64,000 nucleotides of DNA from positions 23,932,001 through 23,996,000 of the forward strand of contig OX597832.1 in assembly GCA_951406725.2 (NCBI GenBank), given 5' to 3'. How positions within the stretch are numbered: the stretch's first letter is position 1; every line of letters starts with the position of its first letter. Positions 38,411 to 51,800 of this stretch are shown in pieces. Origin of the DNA: Octopus vulgaris. Its lineage: Eukaryota. The notes beneath the pieces are model-generated. The model saw only the letters and a list, made by a program, of their open reading frames with translations. It made no database searches and was not told the DNA's origin. The translations under genes and the position numbers were made by a program.

Positions 38411-38585
38411 CATGAGTCTTTGTTCGAGGACTTGTCGAAATTTCACCCCACAAACAGCCGAAAAAACAAAGATGACCGTTTAAGGTAGGTGATGTCTCGA
38501 ATTCATGTAGGGTGCACAAATGTGCGTGGCCAATCGTCGAACTGGAAGCAAGGGCGCTTCCTAAATGCCATCAGGTCACGGGATT
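38411..38585 (+). mobile_element. Tx1-type ORF1 end and ORF2 endonuclease start
   Basis: ...KDDRLR* followed by MSRIHVGCTNVRGQSSNWKQGRFLNAIRS (APE domain I, NVRG motif). Confidence 0.7.
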
Positions 38586-41500
38586 TGACTTTGAATCTAA
38601 CAGATCTTGTTACCACAATGGTCTCAGAAGATTCTACTTTGAACGGGAAAGAACCTTTACCACAATGGCAATAAGTATGTTGGTTATCAGACATACATTT
38701 CTACTCTTTTTCTCCAAAGTGTGATGATGATTTTTACTAAATTCATCATCATCTTCAGTGGATAAGTTCAGCGTATGAACATTAGTACGAGCATTAACCA
38801 ATGGTAATAATCACATGCTGGAAGCAAGGAATTCCTATCCACTTTTTTTCATCCTAAATATCTTGACAAAAGAATAAAGTATAAATATGATAAATCTTAC
38901 CATAATGGCAACTGTAAAGTAAGGCATAGTGGTAACATATCCACTCTTTTCATCCAAAAAGTGATGATGATGATTGTTGCTGAGTTGTAATCTTCTATCG
39001 ATATAACCAAAAAGGTACTGAAGTGCCTTTTAACAAGACTTTGAGTCTGGAGCAGGGACATCCATTCTTTTCATCCGAAGCATCCTGCCAGAAGATTTGA
39101 CTCGTGACATAAAGGATCTTCTTACCAAAATGGCAAAAGTTATGAAGTTGGGCACAAGGGAAACATTTTCCACTTTTTTTTTCATCTGAAGAGTCTCAAC
39201 AGAAGGTACGACTTGTAATATGATAAGTTTTATTACAACAACAGCATGTGAAAGTTCTTGTTACCACAATTGCAATAATTGTGAAATTAGACACACCGGT
39301 AACATTTGCATGTTTTTTCCGAGTGTTTATTAACAAATGATTCTGCTTGGAACATTATACAGGTAACTTTTGCACTCTCTTTACCTGAAGTAGGACGGTG
39401 ATTGTTGCTCACCTGTATTCTTCTTTCGTGGATAAGCTCAGCATATGAACAATAGTACGAACATTAACCAAAGGTTACATCTGACCAACAGATTCTCTGA
39501 GAACTCAGAATATCTTTCAAGTCGCACCTAACATCTACAAAAAAGGACACATTAGATGGCGTTCTGTATTTGGATGTCCGTATGAACATCTCAGGGAATT
39601 GGCGACATCCATGCCCTGCATAGGTCAGTGAAATTTCAGCATCTGTGGGAGACTTGTAGCAAGTTATACAGGGCGCCGAATGGAGCACAAGACTAGACTC
39701 CACCCGGTCACGGTCCTTTTACTGGTCAAAATACACAAAATGCTCGGAAGTGCAAGTGGTCAGTCAATATAAACAAAAACACATTTAAGTGCCATTTAAC
39801 GTGACTCACTCAAGTCAGGAGAAACAGACATCAGAATGTTTATTTCTGATAGAAATAGATATCAGAAAGTTGTTGCTATCATAATGGCAATAATTATGCA
39901 ACTAGGCATACGGATAACATTTCACCTTTTATTATCCAAAGGGTCTCAGAAGATTCTACTTTGAACAAGAAAGAACCTTTACCACAATGGCAATCAGTTT
40001 ATTGGTTATACGGCCACAGTTCTCTTTTTGTCCAAAAGCAATTATAAAGTGACACAAAGTGGAAACGTTTCCACTCTTTTTATCCAAAGAATTTGTTACA
40101 ACAAAAGCAATTATAAAGTTACACATAATGGGAACAATTCTACTCTTTTCATCCAAAGTGCCTTGACAGAAGATTCCACTTTGAATATAATAGATCCTGT
40201 TGCCACAATGGCAATAGTTATCTAGTTAGGTATATGTGTAACGTTTCCACAAATAGGCCCATAGCTTTTTAATCAGTAATTCTATTATATACCTACATCA
40301 GCAAAAGTCTGATTATTTGAGTCTTTTTATCCAAAATGTCATAGACAGAAGATTCAACATTTAATACAATAGGTCTTCTTAACACAATGGCATGTGATAG
40401 GTGTTGCCATCATAATGGCAATAATTATGCAATTAGGCATACGGATAACATTTCAACATTTATTATCCAAAGGGTCTCAGAAGATTCTACTTTGAACAAG
40501 AAAGAACCTTTACCACAATGGCAATAAGTTTGTTGGTTATCTGAACATTTCTACTCTTTTTCTCCAAAGTGTGATGATGATTTTTACTAAATCATCATCA
40601 TCTTCAGTGGATAAGTTCAGCGTATGAACATTAGTACGAGCATTATCCAATGGTAATAATCACTTGCTGGGAGCAAGGGATTCCTATCCACTTTTTTTCA
40701 TCCTAAATATCTTGTCAAAAGAATAAAGTATAAATATGATGAATCTTACCATAATGGCAACTATGAAGTAAGGCATAGTGGTAACATATCCACTCTTTCA
40801 TCCAAAAAGTGATGATGATGATTGTTGCTGAGTTGTAATCTTCTGTCGATATAACCAAAAAGGTATTGCAGTGCCGTTTAACAAGACTTTGAGTCTGGAG
40901 CAGGGACATCCATTCTTTTCATCCGAAGCATCCTGCCAGAAGATTTGACTCGTGACATAAAGGATCTTCTTACCAAAATGGCAAAAGTTATGAAGTTGGG
41001 CACAAGGGAAACATTTTCCACTTTTATTTTTTACTTGAAGAGTCTCAACAGAAGGTACGACTTGTAATATGATAAGTTTTATTACAACAACAGCATGTGA
41101 AAGTTCTTGTTACCACAATTGCAATAATTGTGAAATTAGACACACCGGTAACATTTGCATGTTTTTTCCGAGTGTTTATTAACAAATGATTCTGCTTGGA
41201 ACATTATACAGGTAACTTTTGCACTCTCTTTACCTGAAGTATGACGGTGATTGCTGCTCACCTGTATTCTTCTTTCGTGGATAAGCTCAGCATATAAACA
41301 ATAGTACGAACATTAACCAAAGGTTACATCTGACCAACAGATTCTCTGAGAACTCAGAATATCTTTCAAGTCGCACCTAACATCCACAAAAAAGGACACA
41401 TTAGATGGCGTTCTGTATTTGGATGTCCGTATGAACATCTCAGGGAATTGGCGACATCCATGCCTTGCATAGGTCAGTGAAATTTCAGCATCTGTGGGAG

Positions 41501-44500
41501 ACTTGCAACAAGTTATACAGGGCGCCGAACGGAGCACTAGACTAGACTCCAGCCGGTCATGGTCCTTTTACTGGTCAAAATACACAAAATGCTCGGAAGT
41601 GCAAGTGGTCAGTCAATATAAACAAAAACACATTTAAGTGCCATTTAACGTGACTCACTCAAGTCAGGAGAAACAGACATCAGAATGTTTATTTCTGATA
41701 GAAATAGATATCAGAAAGTTGTTGCTATCATAATGGCAATAATTATGCAACTAGGCATACGGATAACATTTCACCTTTTATTATCCAAAGGGTCTCAGAA
41801 GATTCTACTTTGAACAAGAAAGAACCTTTACCACAATGGCAATCAGTTTATTGGTTATACGGCCACAGTTCTCTTTTTGTCCAAAAGCAATTATAAAGTG
41901 ACACAAAGTGGAAACGTTTCCATTCTTTTTATCCAAAGAATTTGTTACAACAAAAGCAATTATAAAGTTACACATAATGGGAACAATTCTACTCTTTTCA
42001 TCCAAAGTGCCTTGACAGAAGATTCCACTTTGAATATAATAGATCCTGTTGCCACAATGGCAATAGTTATCTAGTTAGGTATATGTGTAACGTTTCCACA
42101 AATAGGCCCATAGCTTTTTAATCAGTAATTCTATTATATACCTACATCAGCAAAAGTCTGATTATTTGAGTCTTTTTATCCAAAATGTCATAGACAGAAG
42201 ATTCAACATTTAATACAATAGGTCTTCTTAACACAATGGCATGTGATAGGTGTTGCCATCATAATGGCAATAATTATGCAATTAGGCATACGGATAACAT
42301 TTCAACATTTATTATCCAAAGGGTCTCAGAAGATTCTACTTTGAACAAGAAAGAACCTTTACCACAATGGCAATAAGTTTGTTGGTTATCTGAACATTTC
42401 TACTCTTTTTCTCCAAAGTGTGATGATGATTTTTACTAAATCATCATCATCTTCAGTGGATAAGTTCAGCGTATGAACATTAGTACGAGCATTATCCAAT
42501 GGTAATAATCACTTGCTGGGAGCAAGGGATTCCTATCCACTTTTTTTCATCCTAAATATCTTGTCAAAAGAATAAAGTATAAATATGATGAATCTTACCA
42601 TAATGGCAACTATGAAGTAAGGCATAGTGGTAACATATCCACTCTTTCATCCAAAAAGTGATGATGATGATTGTTGCTGAGTTGTAATCTTCTGTCGATA
42701 TAACCAAAAAGGTATTGAAGTGCCGTTTAACAAGACTTTGAGACTGGAGCAGGGACATCCATTCTTTTCATCCGAAGCATCCTGCCAGAAGATTTGACTC
42801 GTGACATAAAGGATCTTCTTACCAAAATGGCAAAAGTTATGAAGTTGGGCACAAGGGAAACATTTTCCACTTTTTTTTTTACCTGAAGAGTCTCAACAGA
42901 AGGTACGACTTGTAATATGATAAGTTTTATTACAACAACAGCATGTGAAAGTTCTTGTTACCACAATTGCAATAATTGTGAAATTAGACACACCGGTAAC
43001 ATTTGCATGTTTCTTCCGAGTGTTTCTCGACAAACGATTCTGCTTGGAACATTATACAGGTAACTTCTGCACTCTCTTTACATGAAGTATGACGGTGATT
43101 GTTGCTCACCTGTATTCTTCTTTCGTGGATAAGCTCAGCATATGAACAATAGTACAAACATTAACCAAAGATTACAACTGACCAACAGATTCTCTGAGAA
43201 CTCAGAATATCTTTCAAGTCGCACCTAACATCCACAAAAAAGGACACATTAGATGGCGTTCTGTATTTGGATGTCCATAAGAACATCTCAGGGAATTGGC
43301 GACATCCATGCCTTGCATAGGTCAGTGAAATTTCAGCATCTGTGGGAGACTTGCAACAAGTTATACAGGGCGCCGAACGGAGCACTAGACTAGACTCCAG
43401 CCGGTCATGGTCCTTTTACTGGTCAAAATACACAAAATGCTCGGAAGTGCAAGTGGTCAGTCAATATAAACAAAAACACATTTAAGTGCCATTTAACGTG
43501 ACTCACTCAAGTCAGGAGAAACAGACATCAGAATGTTTATTTCTGATAGAAATAGATATCAGAAAGTTGTTGCTATCATAATGGCAATAATTATGCAACT
43601 AGGCATACGGATAACATTTCACCTTTTATTATCCAAAGGGTCTCAGAAGATTCTACTTTGAACAAGAAAGAACCTTTACCACAATGGCAATCAGTTTATT
43701 GGTTATACGGCCACAGTTCTCTTTTTGTCCAAAAGCAATTATAAAGTGACACAAAGTGGAAACGTTTCCACTCTTTTTATCCAAAGAATTTGTTACAACA
43801 AAAGCAATTATAAAGTTACACATAATGGGAACAATTCTACTCTTTTCATCCAAAGTGCCTTGACAGAAGATTCCACTTTGAATATAATAGATCCTGTTGC
43901 CACAATGGCAATAGTTATCTAGTTAGGTATATGTGTAACGTTTCCACAAATAGGCCCATAGCTTTTTAATCAGTAATTCTATTATATACCTACATCAGCA
44001 AAAGTCTGATTATTTGAGTCTTTTTATCCAAAATGTCATAGACAGAAGATTCAACATTTAATACAATAGGTCTTCTTAACACAATGGCATGTGATAGGTG
44101 TTGCCATCATAATGGCAATAATTATGCAATTAGGCATACGGATAACATTTCAACATTTATTATCCAAAGGGTCTCAGAAGATTCTACTTTGAACAAGAAA
44201 GAACCTTTACCACAATGGCAATAAGTTTGTTGGTTATCTGAACATTTCTACTCTTTTTCTCCAAAGTGTGATGATGATTTTTACTAAATCATCATCATCT
44301 TCAGTGGATAAGTTCAGCGTATGAACATTAGTACGAGCATTATCCAATGGTAATAATCACTTGCTGGGAGCAAGGGATTCCTATCCACTTTTTTTCATCC
44401 TAAATATCTTGTCAAAAGAATAAAGTATAAATATGATGAATCTTACCATAATGGCAACTATGAAGTAAGGCATAGTGGTAACATATCCACTCTTTCATCC

Positions 44501-47252
44501 AAAAAGTGATGATGATGATTGTTGCTGAGTTGTAATCTTCTGTCGATATAACCAAAAAGGTATTGCAGTGCCGTTTAACAAGACTTTGAGTCTGGAGCAG
44601 GGACATCCATTCTTTTCATCCGAAGCATCCTGCCAGAAGATTTGACTCGTGACATAAAGGATCTTCTTACCAAAATGGCAAAAGTTATGAAGTTGGGCAC
44701 AAGGGAAACATTTTCCACTTTTATTTTTTACTTGAAGAGTCTCAACAGAAGGTACGACTTGTAATATGATAAGTTTTATTACAACAACAGCATGTGAAAG
44801 TTCTTGATACCACAATTGCAATAATTGTGAAATTAGACACACCGGTAACATTTGCATGTTTTTTCCGAGTGTTTATTAACAAATGATTCTGCTTGGAACA
44901 TTATACAGGTAACTTTTGCACTCTCTTTACCTGAAGTATGACGGTGATTGCTGCTCACCTGTATTCTTCTTTCGTGGATAAGCTCAGCATATAAACAATA
45001 GTACGAACATTAACCAAAGGTTACATCTGACCTACAGATTCTCTGAGAACTCAGAATATCTTTCAAGTCGCACCTAACATCTACAAAAAAGGACACATTA
45101 GATGGCGTTCTGTATTTGGATGTCCGTATGAACATCTCAGGGAATTGGCGACATCCATGCCTTGCATAGGTCAGTGAAATTTCAGCATCTGTGGGAGACT
45201 TGCAACAAGTTATACAGGGCGCCGAACGGAGCACTAGACTAGACTCCAGCCGGTCATGGTCCTTTTACTGGTCAAAATACACAAAATGCTCGGAAGTGCA
45301 AGTGGTCAGTCAATATAAACAAAAACACATTTAAGTGCCATTTAACGTGACTCACTCAAGTCAGGAGAAACAGACATCAGAATGTTTATTTCTGATAGAA
45401 ATAGATATCAGAAAGTTGTTGCTATCATAATGGCAATAATTATGCAACTAGGCATACGGATAACATTTCACCTTTTATTATCCAAAGGGTCTCAGAAGAT
45501 TCTACTTTGAACAAGAAAGAACCTTTACCACAATGGCAATCAGTTTATTGGTTATACGGCCACAGTTCTCTTTTTGTCCAAAAGCAATTATAAAGTGACA
45601 CAAAGTGGAAACGTTTCCACTCTTTTTATCCAAAGAATTTGTTACAACAAAAGCAATTATAAAGTTACACATAATGGGAACAATTCTACTCTTTTCATCC
45701 TAAGTGCCTTGACAGAAGATTCCACTTTGAATATAATAGATCCTGTTGCCACAATGGCAATAGTTATCTAGTTAGGTATATGTGTAACGTTTCCACAAAT
45801 AGGCCCATAGCTTTTTAATCAGTAATTCTATTATATACCTACATCAGCAAAAGTCTGATTATTTGAGTCTTTTTATCCAAAATGTCATAGACAGAAGATT
45901 CAACATTTAATACAATAGGTCTTCTTAACACAATGGCATGTGATAGGTGTTGCCATCATAATGGCAATAATTATGCAATTAGGCATACGGATAACATTTC
46001 AACATTTATTATCCAAAGGGTCTCAGAAGATTCTACTTTGAACAAGAAAGAACCTTTACCACAATGGCAATAAGTTTGTTGGTTATCTGAACATTTCTAC
46101 TCTTTTTCTCCAAAGTGTGATGATGATTTTTACTAAATCATCATCATCTTCAGTGGATAAGTTCAGTGTATGAACATTAGTACGAGCATTATCCAATGGT
46201 AATAATCACTTGCTGGGAGCAAGGGATTCCTATCCACTTTTTTTCATCCTAAATATCTTGTCAAAAGAATAAAGTATAAATATGATGAATCTTACCATAA
46301 TGGCAACTATGAAGTAAGGCATAGTGGTAACATATCCACTCTTTCATCCAAAAAGTGATGATGATGATTGTTGCTGAGTTGTAATCTTCTGTCGATATAA
46401 CCAAAAAGGTATTGCAGTGCCGTTTAACAAGACTTTGAGTCTGGAGCAGGGACATCCATTCTTTTCATCCGAAGCATCCTGCCAGAAGATTTGACTCGTG
46501 ACATAAAGGATCTTCTTACCAAAATGGCAAAAGTTATGAAGTTGGGCACAAGGGAAACATTTTCCACTTTTATTTTTTACTTGAAGAGTCTCAACAGAAG
46601 GTACGACTTGTAATATGATAAGTTTTATTACAACAACAGCATGTGAAAGTTCTTGTTACCACAATTGCAATAATTGTGAAATTAGACACACCAGTAACAT
46701 TTGCATGTTTTTTCCGAGTGTTTATTAACAAATGATTCTGCTTGGAACATTATACAGGTAACTTTTGCACTCTCTTTACCTGAAGTATGACAGTGATTGC
46801 TGCTCACCTGTATTCTTCTTTCGTGGATAAGCTCAGCATATGAACAATAGTACGAACATTAACCAAAGATTACAACTGACCAACAGATTCTCTGAGAACT
46901 CAGAATATCTTTCAAGTCGCACCTAACATCTACAAAAAAGGACACATTAGATGGCGTTCTGTATTTGGATGTCCGTATGAACATCTCAGGGAATTGGTGA
47001 CATCCATGCCCTGCATAGGTCAGTGAAATTTCAGCATCTGTGGGAGACTTGTAGCAAGTTATACAGGGCGCCGAATGGAGCACAAGACTAGACTCCACCC
47101 GGTCACGGTCCTTTTACTGGTCTAAATACACAAAATGCTTGGAAATGCAATGGTCAGTCAATATAAACAAAAACACATTTAAGTGCCATTTAACGTGACT
47201 CACTCACAGTCAGGAGAAACAGACATCAGAATGTTTATTCCTGATAGAAATA

Positions 47253-48851
47253 CTGTGGGGGACAAAAGAGTTTGCAGACCTATTTTTTCTCAATTTCTTT
47301 ATTAATTTTGCTTTATTTTTTAGTTTCACCTCTTCCATCATTTGCTGGTTGCCATTCTGTTTTTTCATTACTACATTTTACGAAAAAACCCAGAATTTAA
47401 TAATTGTTAAACATTTTCCTCTTTTCAGGTGAGCCAAAAGTTTATGCAGGTAACATAAATTTATTAATAATGGCTAAAGGAAAGATATTGACAGATAGCG
47501 AGAAGGGTGAAGTTGTTAAATTACTTGCTGCAAAGAAGTCTACATTAGAAATTTCAAAAATTTTGAAACGAGATCATTGAACTGCGAAACGTTTCGTCAT
47601 TGACGGCAATGATGGAAGAAAAAAGCACAAAAGTGGCAGAGCAAAGGTGACTTCACCACGAGATTTGAGAAAAATCAAGAGGAGTGTGCTATTAAACCCA
47701 CACAGCACAAGCAAAGCTATTTTCGACCATGCAGGAGTGTCTGACATCTCTAAAAGGACCCGAAATCGGATTTTGAAACAAATAGCCGACCAGAGAACAC
47801 TGACAAAACGTCCTCCTTTGAGTGATATCAACTCTCAGAAGCGACTAGCATGGGCCACTAAATATTTGAAAACCAATTTTCAAAATGTTCTCTGGACTGA
47901 CGAGGCTAGAGCAACCCTCGACGGTCCCGATGGTTGGACCAAGGGATGGCTTCTTAAAGGCAATAGCCCACGCTTGCGATTCAGATGTCAACAGGGAGGA
48001 GGGAGAGTGATGATTTGGGCTGGGATTATTGGAAGTGAGATTGTTGGTCCTTTTCTTGTCCCTGAAGGTGTCAAAATGAATTCTGTGAACTACTGCGAGT
48101 TTTTGGAAGAGAATTTATTGCCCTGGTTGAATTCACAAAATGATGCTGTCAACCAGAATCTCATTATTCAACAAGACAATGCCCCAAGCCATGCTTCTCG
48201 GTTCACAAAAGCTTGGCTTTCAGAGCAGGGGATCTCTGGTGAACGTCTGATGGACTGGCCACCACAGAGCCCGGATTTGAATCCGATAGAGAACCTCTGG
48301 TCGATTCTGAAGAGGACGGTTTACGAAAACGGGCATCAATTCAACAGTAAAAAAGACATTTGGGAGAGGATCAAGGAAGTATCTTCTGAAATCACACCTC
48401 AACAAGTGCATAAATTAACATCCTCTGTTGATAGGAGGCTGATGGATTTGATTAAGAATGGAGGAAAGCGTATCAAGGGTTAAATTGTTTTATAAATTTG
48501 TATTGTTTTGTTAATTGTTATTTGAGCAATAACTGTTGATTTCTTGTAATATGTTATCAATATATGGTACGATTATCATAATAACACAATGTTTCAAATT
48601 ATATTATGTTTAAAAATGTTATTTATTTCGAATAAATGAGTCTTGCAAACTCTTTTGGCCCATATTTCTTTCGCAAATTTTTTTTAAATCCATATTTTCC
48701 CTCCAGAATATGATTATTTGGTTTCCGTCTCTAGGAATTTACTTTATATATTTGCATATCGAACAATGAGTAACATAGTTATTATATTGGAAAATATTGA
48801 AGCATAAATTTATCAATATATACAATTTGCAAACACTTTTGACCCCCACAG
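47253..48851 (+). mobile_element. Full-length Tc1-family DD37E (TRT-like) transposon, 1599 bp
   Basis: TIRs CTGTGGGGGACAAAAGAGTTTGCA / TGCAAACACTTTTGACCCCCACAG; TA on the left, AA on the right; inner repeats near 47430 and 48645. Confidence 0.92.
47470..48483 (+). pseudogene. DD37E transposase, 337 codons with a single premature stop
   Basis: MAKGKILTDSEK...RDH*T (TGA 47578-47580), WTDEARATLDGPDGW, QQDNA, SPDLNPIE; 37 residues between the second D and E. Confidence 0.9.
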
Positions 48852-51800
48852 AAGATATCAGAAAGTTGTTGCTATCATAATGGCAATAATTATGCAATTA
48901 GGCATACGGATAACATTTCAACTGTTATTATCCAAAGGGTCTCAGAAGATTCTACTTTGAACGAGAAATAACCTTTACCACAATGGCAACAAGTCTGTTG
49001 GTTATCGCCAGTATCGTTTCTACTCTTTTTCTCCAAAGTGTGATGATGATTGTTACTAAATCATCATCATCTTCAGTGGATAAGTTCAGCGTATGAACAT
49101 TAGTACGAGCATTACCCAAACCAAATCACAAGTTAGTAATGAATTCTGTGAGAATCTACTGGGTATGAAAGAAAGAGCAGTTAAATCTCTTTCAAATCGC
49201 ACATGACACCTAAAAGGAAGGACATAGCAGATAACGTCATTCTGTATGCAGCTGTTCATGTGAACAACTATGGAAATTGGTGTCACCCATGCTCTACTTA
49301 GACCAGTGAAACCTCTGCATCTGTGGGAGTCCTGAGGTAAATTACACAGGCAGAAATTTGCATCCCTAATCCATGGCCGGTCACCATGTTAGGGCTTGTA
49401 CTGCATCTGGGGTGAGCCACCTGATGGCAGAGCAAGTAACTCTGAGGTTCCCCACTTAGTCCTTTCTCCTTATCATTGTGACAGAAGCATGCAAGGACGT
49501 GACCTCCTTGGCTCTTACATAAACGCATACAAAAACCTAAAACACATTGAGCAGCTTTGTACAGTGTTCTTTCTTCAAATGACAACTATTACAACTTTCT
49601 GAATGGAGTTGTTATTGGATGGTTTCACCACGTGAGACTACAACCATCTGTGAAAGGCATTACACCATTTCCTCACTCCTGGATGTCGGAGACAACAGAT
49701 CTCCTACACCCAACAATGAGGCAGGAAGGCAATGTAGTGACAGATCAAACTCCACCAGGTTTTGGTCCTTTTACTGGTTATGATACACAACATGCTCACA
49801 AATGTAAGTGGCCTATCGATATAAACAAAAAGGCAATTCAGTGCCATTTAACAAGAGGAGAGTGTGGAGCAATAGACATCAGAAGTTTGAAGGTGGTAGA
49901 ACTTGTTACAACAAAAGCAATTACAAAGTGACACAAAGTGGAAACGTTTCCACTCTTTTTATCCAAAGAATTTGTTACAACAAAAGCAATTATAAAGTTA
50001 CACATAATGGGAACAATTCTACTCTTTTCATCCAAAGTGCCTTGACAGAAGATTCCACTTTGAATATAATAGATCCTGTTGCCACAATGGCAATAGTTAT
50101 CTAGCTAGGTATATGTGTAACGTTTCCACAAATAGGCCCATAGCTTTTTAATCAGTAATTCTATTATATACCTACATCAGCAAAAGTCTGATTATTTGAG
50201 TCTTTTTATCCAAAATATCTTAGACAGAAGATTCAACATTTAATACAATAGGTCTTCTTAGCACAAAGGCATGTGATAGGTGTTGCCATCATAATGGCAA
50301 TAATTATGCAATTAGGTATACGGATAACATTTCAACTGTTATTATCCAAAGGGTCTCAGAAGATTCTATTTTGAACGAGAAAGAACCTTTACCACAATGG
50401 CAATAGGTTTGTTGGTTATCTGAACATTTCTACTCTTTTTCTCCAAAGTGTGATGATGATTGTTACTAAATCATCATCATCTTCAGTGGATAAGCTCCGC
50501 CTATGAACATTAGTACGAGCATTATCCAATGGTAATAATCACATGCCGGGAGCAAGGGATTCCTATCCACTTTTTTTCATCCTAAATATCTTGACAAAAG
50601 AATAAAGTATAAATATGATAAATCTTACCATAATGGCAACTGTGAGGTAAGGCATAGTGGTAACATATCCACTCTTTTCATCCAAAAAGTGATGATGATG
50701 ATGCTGAGTTGTAATCTGTCGATATAACCAAAAAGGTATTGCAGTGCCGTTTAACAAGACTTTGAGTCTGGAGCAGGGACATCCATTCTTTTCATCCGAA
50801 GCATCCTGCCAGAAGATTTGACTCGTGACATAAAGGATCTTCTTACCAAAATGGCAAAAGTTATGAAGTTGGGCACAAGGGAAACATTTTCCACTTTTTT
50901 TTTACCTGATGAGTCTCGACAGAAGGTACGACTTGTAATATGATAAGTTTTATTACAACAACAGCATGTGAAAGTTCTTGTTACCACAATTGCAATAATT
51001 GTGAAATTAGTCACACCGGTAACATTAGCATGTTTTTTCCGAGTGTTTATTAACAAATGATTCTGCTTGGAACATTATACAGGTAACTTTTGCACTCTCT
51101 TTACCTGAAGTATGACGGTGATTGTTGCTCACCTGTATTCTTCTTTCGTGGATAAGCTCAGCATATGAACAATAGTACGAACATTAACCAAAGATTACAA
51201 CTGACCAACAGATTCTCTGAGCACTCAGAATATCTTTCAAGTCGCACCTAACATCTACAAAAAAGGACACATTAGATGGCGTTCTGTATTTGGATGTCCG
51301 TATGAACATCTCAGGGAATTGGCGACATCCATGCCCTGCATAGGTCAGTGAAATTTCAGCATCTCTGGGAGACTTGCAGCAAGTTATACAGGGCGCCGAA
51401 TGGAGCACAAGACTAGACTCCACCCGGTCACGGTCCTTTTACTGGCAATAATTATGCAATTAGGCATATGGATAACATTTCAACTTTAATTATCCAAAGG
51501 GTCTCAGAAGATTCTACTTTGAATGAGAAAGAACCTTTCCCACAATGGCAATTAGAAAGTTAGTTCTACGGGAAACATTTCTACTCTTTTTGTCCAAAGT
51601 GTAATGATGTTTTTTATGGCAATAGTTAACATTTCAACATTTATTATCCAAAGGGTCTCAGGAGATTCTACTTTGAACGAGAAATAACCTTTACCACAAT
51701 GGCAACAAGTCTGTTGGTTATCGCCAGTATCGTTTCTACTCTTTTTCTCCAAAGTGTGATGATGATTGTTACTAAATCATCATCATCTTCAGTGGATAAG

